Assembly (NCBI GenBank): GCA_010093815.1
Contig: ML996582.1
DNA length: 64,000 nt
Direction: 5' to 3' (one strand)
DNA from: Pseudovirgaria hyperparasitica
Taxonomy: Eukaryota
Part shown: positions 37,287 through 49,945 of the stretch, piece after piece
Layout of the letters: each line of letters opens with the position of its first letter
Numbering within the stretch: position 1 is the stretch's first letter
Notes under the pieces: model-generated
What the model saw: the letters and a program-made list of their open reading frames with translations, nothing else
Databases searched by the model: none
What the model was told of the DNA's origin: nothing
Translations under genes and position numbers: made by a program

Positions 37287-40200
37287 ATGTTCTCACGACC
37301 GACAACGCCCGCATGTCATGTAATGGACCCCGAACTCCTCGCTCTCGATGAGTCTATGTCTTTCGCAGAGCTGGTACGGAAATTGAGTTTGTAAGCACTT
37401 CATTACATACCCCCTGGATCGTACTATAACCGTTATGGCGCATTATAATGGCGTATGGCCTGTATCTTGGTCTTGATAGAATGAATACTCGTCGGGCATG
37501 TAAGAAAGCCGCACGCGACTTCTCGAATCAGACATAACCGTATAAATCGAGACTTGAACATATCGAGCGAATATACGTGTTAAGAGGATCTGTTCAGTCG
37601 TTTGGCGAATTGAATAACTCAGCATCCGCTACTTTTGTCATCTTACGTCCGGATACTACGACTTGCAAGCTCCAAGTCGCACACTAGCTAAGTATCTTGA
37701 CACTGACCATCAACTAGTCTTTTCGTGGAAACTATTGGAGAACCGCAAACGTTCGACGAGCTTCGCACTTCCAATGCAGCCAAAAAACTTACTCCTCTGA
37801 TCACATACCTTATCGATCATACACATGGCGAGTCGATCGTTGCGGCGCTACTGTATGTTTTGTGATACCACCCCGAAATAATGTTGACCTGACAACCACT
37901 TAAGCGCACTCAAAGGTCATTTTGAATCGCTTGAATTCGAAGATGAAGATGGGGTCAATGAATCACGAGGCTACGCTTGTGAATTTGTAGCCTGGAAATT
38001 CGTGACTGGCTTGTCGGAGCATGACGCTATTGACCACCTATGTTACGAAGTGTCACCGGAGAGCAGCACTTCGGACTTCTACGAAGCGAGTCCATCTGCC
38101 CAGCGAGGACTAAGACTCGGACTAGAGAATCAGCCCTTGCTGTCCCGGACCAGCTCCCATAGCCGTTCCCAATATGGGACCAACAATGTTCTTGGTGAAT
38201 CATCGTCATTCAAAGACGAAGATTTTCTGTCTCAATTCTATACACTCAATGCCCTCGAGGTCGCCGCTCTAGTTGGTGCGAAGAAATTTCTTAAGCAGCG
38301 TGCAGTGCAGAAAATTATCACCGGTATCTGGAAGGTAGGATCCTTTGTGAGACAGTTCAAAATCTGTCTTCGTATATTGATATTTGAATGCTCACCACCA
38401 GAAAGGGCGATATTGTCTTCTGGGAAAAATTAAGCCTGCATGCCACGAAAAAGGCTAAGACGTACAACAAACGGTATACCTCACATATTTTCATTCTACC
38501 GTAATGTCATTTTTACTAGACAAACCCATTGATTGTGATATGAATGGCTGAGAGATTATAAGCATGGGGTGTTGCTCTTACTACCTTGTGATTGCGAGGA
38601 GACCGAGTGACTCACCTTCAACTCTGGTAGTATACTGACATTGGATAGGACCGCTGATCTCTTCTGTCGTCTCAGAGTACCTCGATACCTGAAAGCTTTT
38701 GAGGTTTTGTTCTTCGCGTCGTTTCTTGCCTTGTACTACACAGTCCTGGCACAGAAAGCCGTCGATCATGTCACTGTTGCTGAGATATTCTTATATATCT
38801 GGATCGCGGGATTCGCATACGACGAGTTCGGGGAATTGCAGGACGCAGGGTTCTCGTTTTATTTACAGGACATCTGGGCTGCTATCGACGTCTTGATCGT
38901 CGTTGATGGCTTCATATTTCTGGTTCTGCGTTAGTATACGATATCACCGGTCTCGAACAAGCTGACATGTGTGAAGGAATTGTTGGACTTCGGATGAACT
39001 CACCCGAAATTATCGACACTGCCTTTGATGTTCTTGCTCTGGAGGCACTGTTTCTATTTCCAAGGTCAGTAAATTTTTGGTCGCCATAGCCAAAGGTTCG
39101 CTAAAGATGATCGAAGGATATGCTCACTTCTCAGCTTACATCCGTATTTTGGTACACTGGTAATGAGGCATCCTATTTTGCACCCCCTCAATCTTTGGTC
39201 TTGCAGCCCTATGGGCCCCCACCCCCCCCTTTCCTTCAGTGGCGTCGAGGATTGACTCAGGAGAAAGGCTAACCATGTCCAGATACCGTGTCTGAAGGAG
39301 ATGGTAACAGCTCCAGGCATCAATGATTGTTCACCGAGTATTGACTGGATATGACAGACCAAAGACTTCGTCAAGTTTCTCAGTGTCGTCATTATACTCT
39401 ACCTAGGTGCGGCCTCACCGACTCGTCACAGCTGTGCATAGGCAGCAACAACAGCTAAGTGGGTTCCAGGTTTCCTCACCGCATTTACGATGCTAGCTAG
39501 AGGAGTGTTCACTACGAAGGAGATGTCATGGATCTTGATCAAAGTGTTCTTTGGGTGAGTGAGGCAGTGCTGACAAGCTGGGGACTGGCTAATCCATGCG
39601 GATGGATAGATCCAGCTACCTTGGATTTGACGGTGAGTACCTGGAATGGCTCTGGAGCCAGGACAATGCCCGGGTGGCTGATGTTAATTTGGGTTTGTAG
39701 TGGCACCGCAAATCTCGAAGCAGCTAGGGCCTGCCATCATGGTAAGGACACGGGTTATGCGCATTGAGATTGGGTCTGCTGATCAGATCTGCAGCTCATA
39801 TTTGTGATATTGACCAACATACTACTGATCACGTCGTTGATTTCGCTGTTGTCTAACAGCCTTACGAAGGTGAGCGAACATTGGGCCGGTCTCCCCTTGT
39901 CCTTGTCCATGCCTATGCCCATGCGTAGGACCGTCCCCCTCCTCATGTCCGTCGATGCATTCCCACATCGCAAGACAGTTGTCCTCAAATTTGCGCGATT
40001 AAAGCGCTTGTCGGAGATCAATGGCATCGGTCTGGCAGTCAAATGGGGAATTATACGAAGTGAAGTCGAGGAGGCGGAGGTGCATAACGCTAGTAGATAT
40101 GTCGAGCTTGGCAAGAACGATTGGCTACGGATGTCCATTTTGACATGCGCTAATATCGACCCTTTGCTTTAGATCATGACCCACGCTAGGGAGGAATTTC

Positions 40201-41271
40201 TGTTTGGGTACGTTCACTCACTACCTACTACAATTACTGCATACTGCAACCAGTCCCTCTTGACCATCATCTTCCTTGCGCCATCGTCGACGGCCAAGCA
40301 TCAGGCGAAGACCGGTGCATATCGGTGCTGACCGCATATCTCTCTCTTCTAGATACTCGGTCTACGTCCTCGAGGCATCTACGTCGAACCGACTGACGTA
40401 CTATCTGCCACCCGTGGTGAGTCTCCAATCTATTTTGGACAACGTTTCGGGAAGCGCTCAGGCTTTGTTTGCTCGCGCATGTGCATTCTTCCGCTCAAAC
40501 ATGTTCCTGCGCCTCTTCGATCTGGCCTGCTAGTCATAGCTCTACCTTTTCACCTTTTCCCATGATTGCCTGCCCCGTGTGGAGCCCTTGCACGCTTTTG
40601 GCTGTTATGAGCTTCTCTGTGGGCCTCTCGTGGGGTTATGGCTTAGCTGCGGGATGCAACTCTGTTGGCGAAGCATATCGGCATATTTGATTGGTTGCCC
40701 TTTAGGGCTGAAATGGTTTCCAGCCTTGAACTTTGACGACTGACTAGGATGGCAGAACCTCATTCCACTCATCTTCCGACCACTTCGACTGCTTGCATCG
40801 GCAGAGCAGTCACGGAGTGCGCGCATCGTGTTGTTGCGCCTGACGCATTTTCCACATGTCGCAGCAATTTGGGTTTTTGAGAACGGCTACGACTACCTGC
40901 AAAGTCGTTCGGCTGGAAGTTCGTCTTGGAGATCTCTGGGAGCACCAACGGCAAGTCCAAACCTGAAACGTGGCGTGCTCAGACCTTCGCCTATTTCTCC
41001 ACGGCCGTTGGCGACATCCTCGAGCCTCTACGCCTCGATAGACGGGAGTCTGCCCGGCCCCTTCCCAGCGGCCACAGGCCAGAGAGCCCCGGCGCCAGCG
41101 AAAGAAGAAGACGACGATACGAGATTATTGGTTCTTGAGCTTGGAAAACAGGTGGAGCAGCTCACTGCCATGGTTGCACAAGTTCAAAGTGACCTGCAAG
41201 TCAAGCGAACAGACGTGGGGCAGCCCAAGCAGCAAAGGAGCGCCTCAAGCGGACCAGCAGACGAGCCGTAG
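37287..41271 (+). CDS. YVC1/TRPY1-family calcium-activated cation channel (about 15 introns)
   Basis: Spliced reading from ATG 37287 through GT-AG introns gives family-typical segments: ESRGYACEFVAW, LNALEVA, AKKFL..VQKII.GIW.G.IVFW, RLRVPRY, FLFPRICSLLSLHPYFGTLIPCLKEMTKDFVKF, NILLITSLISLLSNS, EASTSNRLTYYLPP. Several hydrophobic TM stretches; stop at 41271. Orthologue versus paralogue of YVC1 not resolved. Confidence 0.88.
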
Positions 41272-42588
41272 CGGAGCGGCCGCCGGGAGGATTCAGTCTG
41301 CTTCATCTAACATTGCTCATCATTGTCAAGGGCTAGATTCGATCGACTGACCAGAAACGGGACATTTATGGCGGCCAATCGCTGCGATATATCTCGACCG
41401 GGTCATGTATTGACAAAGGGGGGAGACACGGCAGAGGAGGCGATGTGATTTGGTACCAAAGGGACGAAGCAGGGCTGAAGCTGGTGTGACAAGGAGCGGC
41501 AGAGATTAATTTGGTGGATGTGAAATGCAAGCAAATTAAGCCGATTCACACGACGAGAATGCACGCGCGGGTATTTTGAGAGTGATTGGGGCGGACCCAA
41601 ACGCTGTCGACACGCAGGCCGGCTGTGAGTGGCTGCATCGCGGACTAGCGGGCGCGCGTAAAAGTGCGATGCGATGGCAACTGGCGGCCTTTTTCGCGGA
41701 ACCATTGCTGCGGGCCGCGCCATGATACGCGGAGCTCGGCACTGACAGACGAGCTCCTCACGCCAGTCTAGCCCAATCTGGCGCGCGGTGCTGGCTGACT
41801 GTCGACTACGGGACCCCCGACTCTCCATCCCAGCACCAGTTGTCCCCGTCAAAAGGTGGCGAAGACGTACCGAAGGGGAGAGAGAGAAGAGGGGGGGGGG
41901 GGAGGGGGGTCCTGGTCGAGCTGTGGGACTACAGAGCTGTGTTTGCCTGATCCTATCCTTTTTCGCTTCCGACCGCATGTTGCCCAATTGTATCAGAGCT
42001 GCCCTGGGCATAATGGGTTATTCTCCGCAAAACTCTGCTAACACTCACAGTGATGCCCTTGCTGCTCGTTGCGCATTCCCCCCACCCCTCGCGTCTCAAC
42101 ACACTTCTCTGTCCTGGTACCGTCGTTCTCTCCGCGAGCTAAGACGCCCTTTCACAAGGCAGCAAAGCCTCTGACCGTTATGCTCCAAACAGGGCTATTA
42201 GCGCACAGCCGCCGAGCGTCAGGGATGTTTTTAACGTGGACACAGTACCCTCCCCCTCTCTGTCGGTAAATTCTGCCTTGTATGTCCTGACAATCGTTGT
42301 TTCCAAGACCGTCTCTGCTGTCTGTTCACCGCCCTTGCCCTAAACAAGCTCATTACCCTTATTTCTGATCACCGCTAGGCCGCTGTGCTGCAAGAGATTT
42401 ATAGGGCTTGATTCACTCCACATCTCGTCTTGTTTGTGCGAACCTCACACCTCGACACTCATATAGCTCACCCCCACGGACTATCAACACTATAGCTATA
42501 TACCTCCACCTTTATTCTCCGTCTTGACTTTACGCTGCCTACCTTCTCATCACCCTCTAATACCTCTCCCGACAGTACCATCATCACA

Positions 42589-43802
42589 ATGGATACACTA
42601 CACCAACCTCAAGCAATGCTCTCGTATGAGCGCGGGAACATGGAGCCAAGGTCAAGCACACACAATCCGGCGTACCCATCACCGTCCACGAATTCCGACT
42701 CTGGGTCATTCGCATACGCATCGTCTGATGGCATGGGCGCCATGTATTCATACTCACACCCGCTATCCGCATGCTCCTCATCGACGTCTCACTCGGCAAT
42801 GGTCTCTCCAATGCCGTCCGAAGCTTGGTCGGCAAGCATGACAACCTCGACGATAATGCCGGGCACGATTGCTGAGTGCTGGCCAGCGCAGTATGACCAT
42901 GTGCCGGCACCGCAGTCTCCAGTCCCATGGTCGTCCAATACATTCTCGCCATTTGGAACACCCAACATCATGGAGGGTAGACACATGGTTAATCATCGGC
43001 TGGCTTCCCCACAGAGATCCTCCACCTCGTCACACGACGAAATGATGCGCTCGCGATCTGGATCTGAGATTCTTATGCACACTCCAATCAAAGCAGAGAA
43101 CGAATGGGTGTCTCATGATGATATCATGTACCACAACGGCATGACGATATCTCCGAGGACTCTGCAGACTGTCGATGCGTATAATCATGGCTATCCTCCA
43201 ATGCACCCACTACTCTGCCACGAAGGTGGTCTCGGAATTAGGACTCCTGTCTCTACCCTTTCCACCGATGACAAAGATAGCAAGAAGTCGGAACGTCGTG
43301 GATCCAGCGGCTGTAGCACAACTCGTCGTAGGAAAGGTGGTCGCACCAAGTCATTGACAGAAAATGCGACTTTTAGATGCGAAATCTGCGGCAAAGTCTT
43401 CCAACGAGAGTACAACCGCAAAGCCCACATGCAGACTCACAATCCATCGAGAGCCCGTCCTCAGGCTTGCGAATATCCCAACTGCGATAAGAGCTTTGTC
43501 AGGAGGACGGATCTGATGCGCCACCAGGAGAGTGTGAGTCTCAGTACTGCTCCGTTTAGGGGACGGTGAATCTAACAAGTGACAGGTTCACATCAAGAAC
43601 CGGCCCTTCGAGTGCACTGCCTGTGACGCTCGATTCTCTCGCAAAGACACTCTTCAAAGGTGCGTGATTACATGAAAGACACAGGAATGAAAGCCAGGAC
43701 TGATAAATATTCAGACACGTCGAGGATGGATGTCCACGCCGATTCGATGTCAAGAGGCACGCTGCTATGAATGAGGCTCGATCAAGAGGCGCACTCTATT
43801 GA
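42589..43802 (+). CDS. C2H2 zinc-finger transcription factor (3 fingers)
   Basis: Exons 42589-43533, 43586-43659, 43715-43802. Fingers CEICGKVFQREYNRKAHMQTH, CEYPNCDKSFVRRTDLMRHQESVH and CTACDARFSRKDTLQRHVEDGC; Ser/Pro-rich N-terminus. Confidence 0.92.
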
Positions 43803-46800
43803 TGGAGGATACTTCAGTACACTGGGCGGCTTTTGATGAGCCACTCGGGCTCGGACGTGTATGAGATGCATATGGCGGGTCTTGTCACTTTTTTTGGCAC
43901 TTCAATGGGCGGCTCTGTGCTTTCGATGTTTGATACCTGCAGAAATGTTTTGAGTATTGGTGTGTTGTAAGGCGTTATGGCGACTAGTCTAGATCCGAGT
44001 GGACGCTTGTACTGCAGCTTGAGCCAATTGTTTATTTGGCGCAAGGCAAGCGTGGAATGGCATGCATTTTGCGTTTTGCATTTCGCAGTAGCAGGTGGCC
44101 CTGGTGCACTGGCAGCCTTAGGGCTGCAGCATTGTGTCTTTAGCGTTTGTTGGTATGGGTGACCATACATCGAATAGCAGCGATTCGACTGCACTTGGAA
44201 GCAAGAATATCCGCGAAATATAGAGAGCTGGGGTATGAGTGGTCAAGTTCGCAGAAAGCGGGTACAATAGTGTGAAGTCTGTCATCATCATACATCTACC
44301 AAGGCTTCACAGCCATCGGCCGGGGAGAAGGATCGGTTCCACTCTAAACCTCGCTCACAAGACATCTTATCCCTCTCAGAAAGACATGCGCATAACTCAG
44401 CCCAGAATGCATCGGCCACAAAGCATTCCAGCTATGTTGGACGTACACAAGACGTGGGTGGACGGCTGTTCTTGTCATGTCTCGTATTCTGTCTAGCGTG
44501 CGAGCTACTGGTCCAGGCCGCAAACGAGAAACGAGAATGGGAACCAGAGCCCAGACAGAGCAGGATCCACTATGACTACCAGTACCAGCGGATGCGGAAC
44601 CAAGAACTGCCACTCACTACATTTTATCATGATCATCATTCAAACACATCAGGCCACAGGGCAAAGAACTGGCCCGCCGCGGCAGGGTAGAAGGAGGCCG
44701 CCAGTGATTTGCATACAGGCAAAATGGAAGAAAAAAGATGGAGGCCAGGCCAGGCCACGCCAGGCCAGCAGCGCAGCATAGAATAGGATAGCGATGGGGA
44801 AATGATGGGCGATTGAGTAGCAAGTCAAAAGCCGGTGCAGGGTACAGGAGAGCATTGCCAGCCCTGTGAGTAGGTAGGGACCAGAAGTCACAGTGATGGG
44901 CATCTGCAGCCACGGGGCTCCCAGTCGGTTCAGCGGGCATGCACGGAGGATGCAAGAGGTGTGAGAAGGGGATAATAGTGCCGAGACAAACATGAGGATA
45001 CACAGACTATAGTTGAGCCAAGGACGTGTTTGAGAGAGGGCACGACGATGATGCATTTGTATCAAAGAAGAACGAGATGATATACGTTTGATTATGTTTG
45101 TTGTGGTGTTTCTGACTCTTGAGAGTCCTGAGGACCTCCAAGATAGCGGGTAGGGGTTTGCGGTACATCTGAGAACATCCCTGACGACGGTCTGGGCATC
45201 TCTGGGCACGGCACGCTCCTGGCACCCGGGGCCGACACCCGATCCCGGTTGCCTGAAGAGGATAGTCCAACAGCCCCAGCCAAGCTTTTCAAGGCTGTAC
45301 ACGTGACTATGTCAATACCGCTCACGTCTATAATGGTGGAGTCGATGTCGGATGCATACACAATCGCTCTATTGTACAGACTGACAGACTATACAGGTGC
45401 ATCAGACTGATGCGCATGTCGATGTCGATGTCGATGTCGATGTCCATACCCATCTGCCAAGCCGCGAACTGATGAGGGATAATTGTCTCGGTATCGACAC
45501 AGGGCTGACCTCGATGTCGATGCTGCCACTGAACGGCATGCGCGATTATGATCACAGCTATGGCTATGACGACGGCTATTGATATGATCAGACTGGAGAT
45601 CATGGTCAGGGCAGATGGTTTCATGGTTCCATCCATTCCACAACACAGCTGCCGACTCCTGAGATGAGGTGTGACATGCATTGGAAGTAAGGTAGATCCT
45701 CGAGAATGCTGAGCATCAAGGCAGTCAGTCAGTCCTGACCCTGGCAGCAGTAGTCGGTTGACATACAGTGTACTAGACTGCAAGCGGTCACAGCGCTGCC
45801 TGTGTTTTCTGGCATGAAGCCCCGCCCGCTCCTCTCTGCAACTTTATCTTCAGCATTCACTTTCGCGGCTCTACAGCGTCCCCACATTCCCGGAGCACCG
45901 ACCTGCGGCTGACCTGCGCGTTAGACGCTGTTTGCGCTCGGACCACCAGCATCCTGCACCCGGTACCCTCCTCGGCTCCTCCATCATCTCGCGTCTCGTT
46001 CGTCTCTTCGCTTTCTTTTCCTTCTCCAACCCTGCTCCCATCGACGCCAATGCCATCTCTGAAGCCCGTCCATTTACCAAAGTCCACTAGTCTATTCTAT
46101 TCTGCACTTGTTCGTCAGATGGACAACTCATCAGCTGTCTCTCACCTTCCGCGCACGCGACTGAAAGGACCCATGAGCTTTCTGGCTCAGTCTTGAACTA
46201 CTGCAACGATTCACCAGGATGTGTTGTTGCAGCCGCAAGTGAGAAGAAACACGAGTCCAGGATCATCCAAGGACCAAAATCTCTCGTCGCTCATTGTGTA
46301 CGGATCATTGCAAGCATCACAAGCCTGCAGTAGGAACCGAAGCGAAACGGACACGGACGACAGCAATATCATCATTTCGGACAATCAGCAAACATTGATC
46401 AGAGCCTCCCCACGTCTGTTCTGTGCTCACTGATACGTTCATATGTGACTTGTAGGGCTGTTCGAAGCGCCGGCTGGGTCAGGTATATCCTTCCTGCAGG
46501 TCCTGTCACTCGGTCTTTCACGGTGCTTCGCTGGCTTGGCATGGGCCCGATAGGCTGGCTCAGCATACGTCTGTCTCTTTGCCCAGCCAAGTGTCATGAT
46601 GGACTGAATTTGTCCGTCGCCTTCCTCTTTGGAGGCTGAAGCTTTTCCTTGACTGGCCGGTCCTTGCTTGTGACCATCCTTCATCTTCTCGCATGACATA
46701 GTCCGCTGTTGGTGTGCCAGCACTTTATCGACTATGCGCTGCCAGTGTCTAGGTATAGGCAAGGCTCGGGGGATGCGGAGCTTTTCAGACTTGAATTCCT

Positions 46801-49800
46801 TAGCTCCATCTGCATGAAAGCAATATCTATTGCATCAACTGGTCCTGGCTTTCTGATGCACCCGCTATATCCCCACAAGCTTTGATGGTTGCATTCCAAA
46901 ACCCCTTTGGACCAGCATCATCACCTCATTTCTCAATCTACTGCCTTGCGTGCTTCGCGCCAGCATTTGTCTACGATCCGTCGACAATCTCTCTTCTTGC
47001 TATCATACATACATACATTGGTCAGAGTCGATGTAATCACTCAAGCACCAGTGCATAGCCTAATCCCACACAGCTGAGCTGTCACTGCTCAACGGGGCAT
47101 CAATCTGCTGCTGAAACAGACAGAGTCCTGCATGTTAAAGTATCCTGCATCGCTCCTAATTTGTCGCTATATCCACACAACATAAGTCTATCCAGCCTAT
47201 CATGCTGCGGCGCTACATGCCTGCGACTTCGGTTAGGCCCGACCCCGTCCTCAGAGGAAGAATCCCGGACGACAAGCTGCCCTCGATCCCGACAGTGTCT
47301 CTGGGACGATTGTGACAACTCTGCCGTCCTCGAGCTTAAGCAAAAGAGAGCTCACGATGTTGCTGCTTGATCGGGCCATGAGTCAGCCCACTGTATGTAA
47401 GTTCAAGCACGACACAAAGTCCAAAGTGGAACAGTGTTAAAGCGATGAGCACATGACTTGCACTTGCTGCGGATACAGTGATGAGAGAATTTTCGTGTCA
47501 ACGGTCCACTGGCCGAACATGGTACGCTATCTGTCAATGTCGCTGCTGGGCCCGGGCAGACGAATAGGACAGCCCCTGAAGCGCCACCAACGAGCAGCGG
47601 TAGTAATAGTAGATCGTGGCGCGGACAGATCATGGTTCGCACTACTTTTGACTTGCGCCCTGCACTGCACAAGCATTTGTTTGTTTGCTCTTTGGATGAT
47701 ACAGGCAAGATGAAATCAAATTTGCCTTTGCGGGCCTTCGTCAAACCCAAAGATTGATCTCGAGAACGCATCTGATTGCCAAGAATGCGAGTCGGCTGGC
47801 CTTGTCGTAGGCTTGTCACAGAGTGAGCCGCGGAGAGCATGGAGTAGATGTCAACATCAAATTACCGGCTACCTGGAAGAGTTCGTTGCTATCTAATGCG
47901 TGCTGTGCATCTATCTGCCCGACAGCCTGGCAAAGGTGTCATGCTGGGGTCACTTTGAGTCGTGACAAGATTAGGCCGCGTGTAGTGACGGCAGCGGGCT
48001 GGGCAGGTAATGTTGCGCGTACTGGTGCGTCAGACCTTGGCTCTACAATGCTTCTACATCGCCCAGCACATGAGACTGGTCACAACGCGCGAGTAATAAT
48101 GATGCACATCGCTTCTGAGTCGCAAGACGGACGCTGGTGATGAGAGTGTGATTGGCGTTAATTGACGGGGCAAGGAGTGAAGGCAAGCATTCCTTGCTAC
48201 GAGATCCTTAAGACGCAGTGGAGATTGCACAGATTTGAATTTGGAGCAAGCTCGTTGAGCAAAATAATAGCAGATTACCGCGGGTCCGTCTCCTCAACGC
48301 GTAGATATCGGCGGGTAGCAGCGCCAGCAGTCACAGGACAGGCATATGCTGCTCTGGTTTCCCAGGGTATAGCCGAATCTCAAATACTTCCCGCACGTAT
48401 ATTTCGCTTGCGGGAAGCCAAAGGCAAAGCTAGTAGACCGGGTAGCCGCGCGCTCAACCGACTATTTCGCTTCCAGACAGCTACTATGATCACACCATAT
48501 ACGCGATAGATGACCGGTCTAGATAAGGAGGAAGAAGATGGTGTATACAGACTCCCGGGTCAGGCCAAACATGGCGGCTCAAACGTTGACATAAAACAAG
48601 CCCGAGCGTTGTCTTCGGAACGGTGGTAAAAGAGTAAATGTGGGCCGCCGTTGGAGCTAATGTCGTTCGCAGATACGAAAAGTCTTTTGAATTTGGACTA
48701 ATGGTCGTGGATGGTGACTGTCGGAATTAGCCAGCTGGTGAGCATCAAATCATGGGATGATCAGATGATGAGCAGCTATTCGCGTCGCGGGACTTTTGAT
48801 CAACCAGTGGAGGAGGAGAAGTGTGAACCCTGAGTTTGAGTGATCCAAATCGAGAGATTCGACACAGCCCGAGCAAGATATGTGGTACAGCATATTACTG
48901 GTGGGTGACAAGCTACAGTGGAAAGGAGAGGCATGCCAGAGCCAAGATTGAGCAGGCAGTGTGACAATTGCTTGAAAAACACAAAAGTCCTGGTATAGCA
49001 ATTGCAAAATATGAACAGGCATGGTAGGGGTGGACAGAGCAAGGGATTATGAGTCGGGCTAGCGAATAGCATGCCCGAAGAAGCGAGTCATTAGCCGGTC
49101 AAGAAGAAGGCAGGTTATGCTGACTGACGCAGGCAAGCTATGGATGATTGCGGGTTGATACAGTCCAGCAAGCTGTCAGGGCAGAGCAGTAGTAGGTAAT
49201 TAGACAGCATTACGGGCAAGAATTAGCATGGACAGAGGCATTGATGGGCGGGCCATGAATCGTCATGGAGTGTCAGTGGACAAATTGTGGAATTAGCCAG
49301 GCGGTAGGTATAGTTATAGGCTCCGCGGCTCAGTAAACGCCGGGAAGGATGTAACGGCAGTAGATGTGCAGCGAAGTCCTGGAGTCGCATCAGATATGAG
49401 TGGGCAACAAGTCAGCACCTAATTTACAGCCCATGTAGGTAAGTAAAAGTGTCCATTCATGGTCGTCTGGCAGGCTCAGAGTCTGGATCTGGGTGTTGGT
49501 GTTATAAATTGCGCATCTCATATCAACACCCGTCATGCCCCCTCTACCCCTCCCCCCTTCCCCCCCCTTTCAATATCAAAGTAGAGTAAGAATCTAAGGG
49601 CGATAGTAGCGGCGGGCGGTGGTCGATGCATGGTTCGGCTCCTTTACCACCTACTCGCTCACCACCACTACCAGAACGCCAAGGTGATTAGCTACTTATG
49701 TGGAATAGATGATGGATGGAAACATTCTGTAGCTAAGGCTGGGAGCCAACTAAGATAGGCAATTGTCCTCTAGGTGCTTTAGGTGGGAGTATGGGCGGTG

Positions 49801-49888
49801 CCGACGATTCCCCGCGCGCTTGTCAAATGTCAAAGCAGTTTTTCGGCACTGAGCACTCTCAGCACTCTCAGCCTTTCTCAGCAGCATG

Positions 49889-49942
<54 letters not shown>
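49889..49942. repeat. (CAT)18 microsatellite
   Basis: Perfect trinucleotide array. Confidence 0.98.

Positions 49943-49945
<3 letters not shown>

Noticed and set aside
44454..44690. 78-aa ORF resembling a signal peptide plus KR cleavage site
   Set aside because: It starts at GTG rather than ATG, and there is no repeat structure or other support.
45465..45505. CTGATGAG as a hammerhead ribozyme core
   Set aside because: No GAAA after a stem II and no flanking stems.
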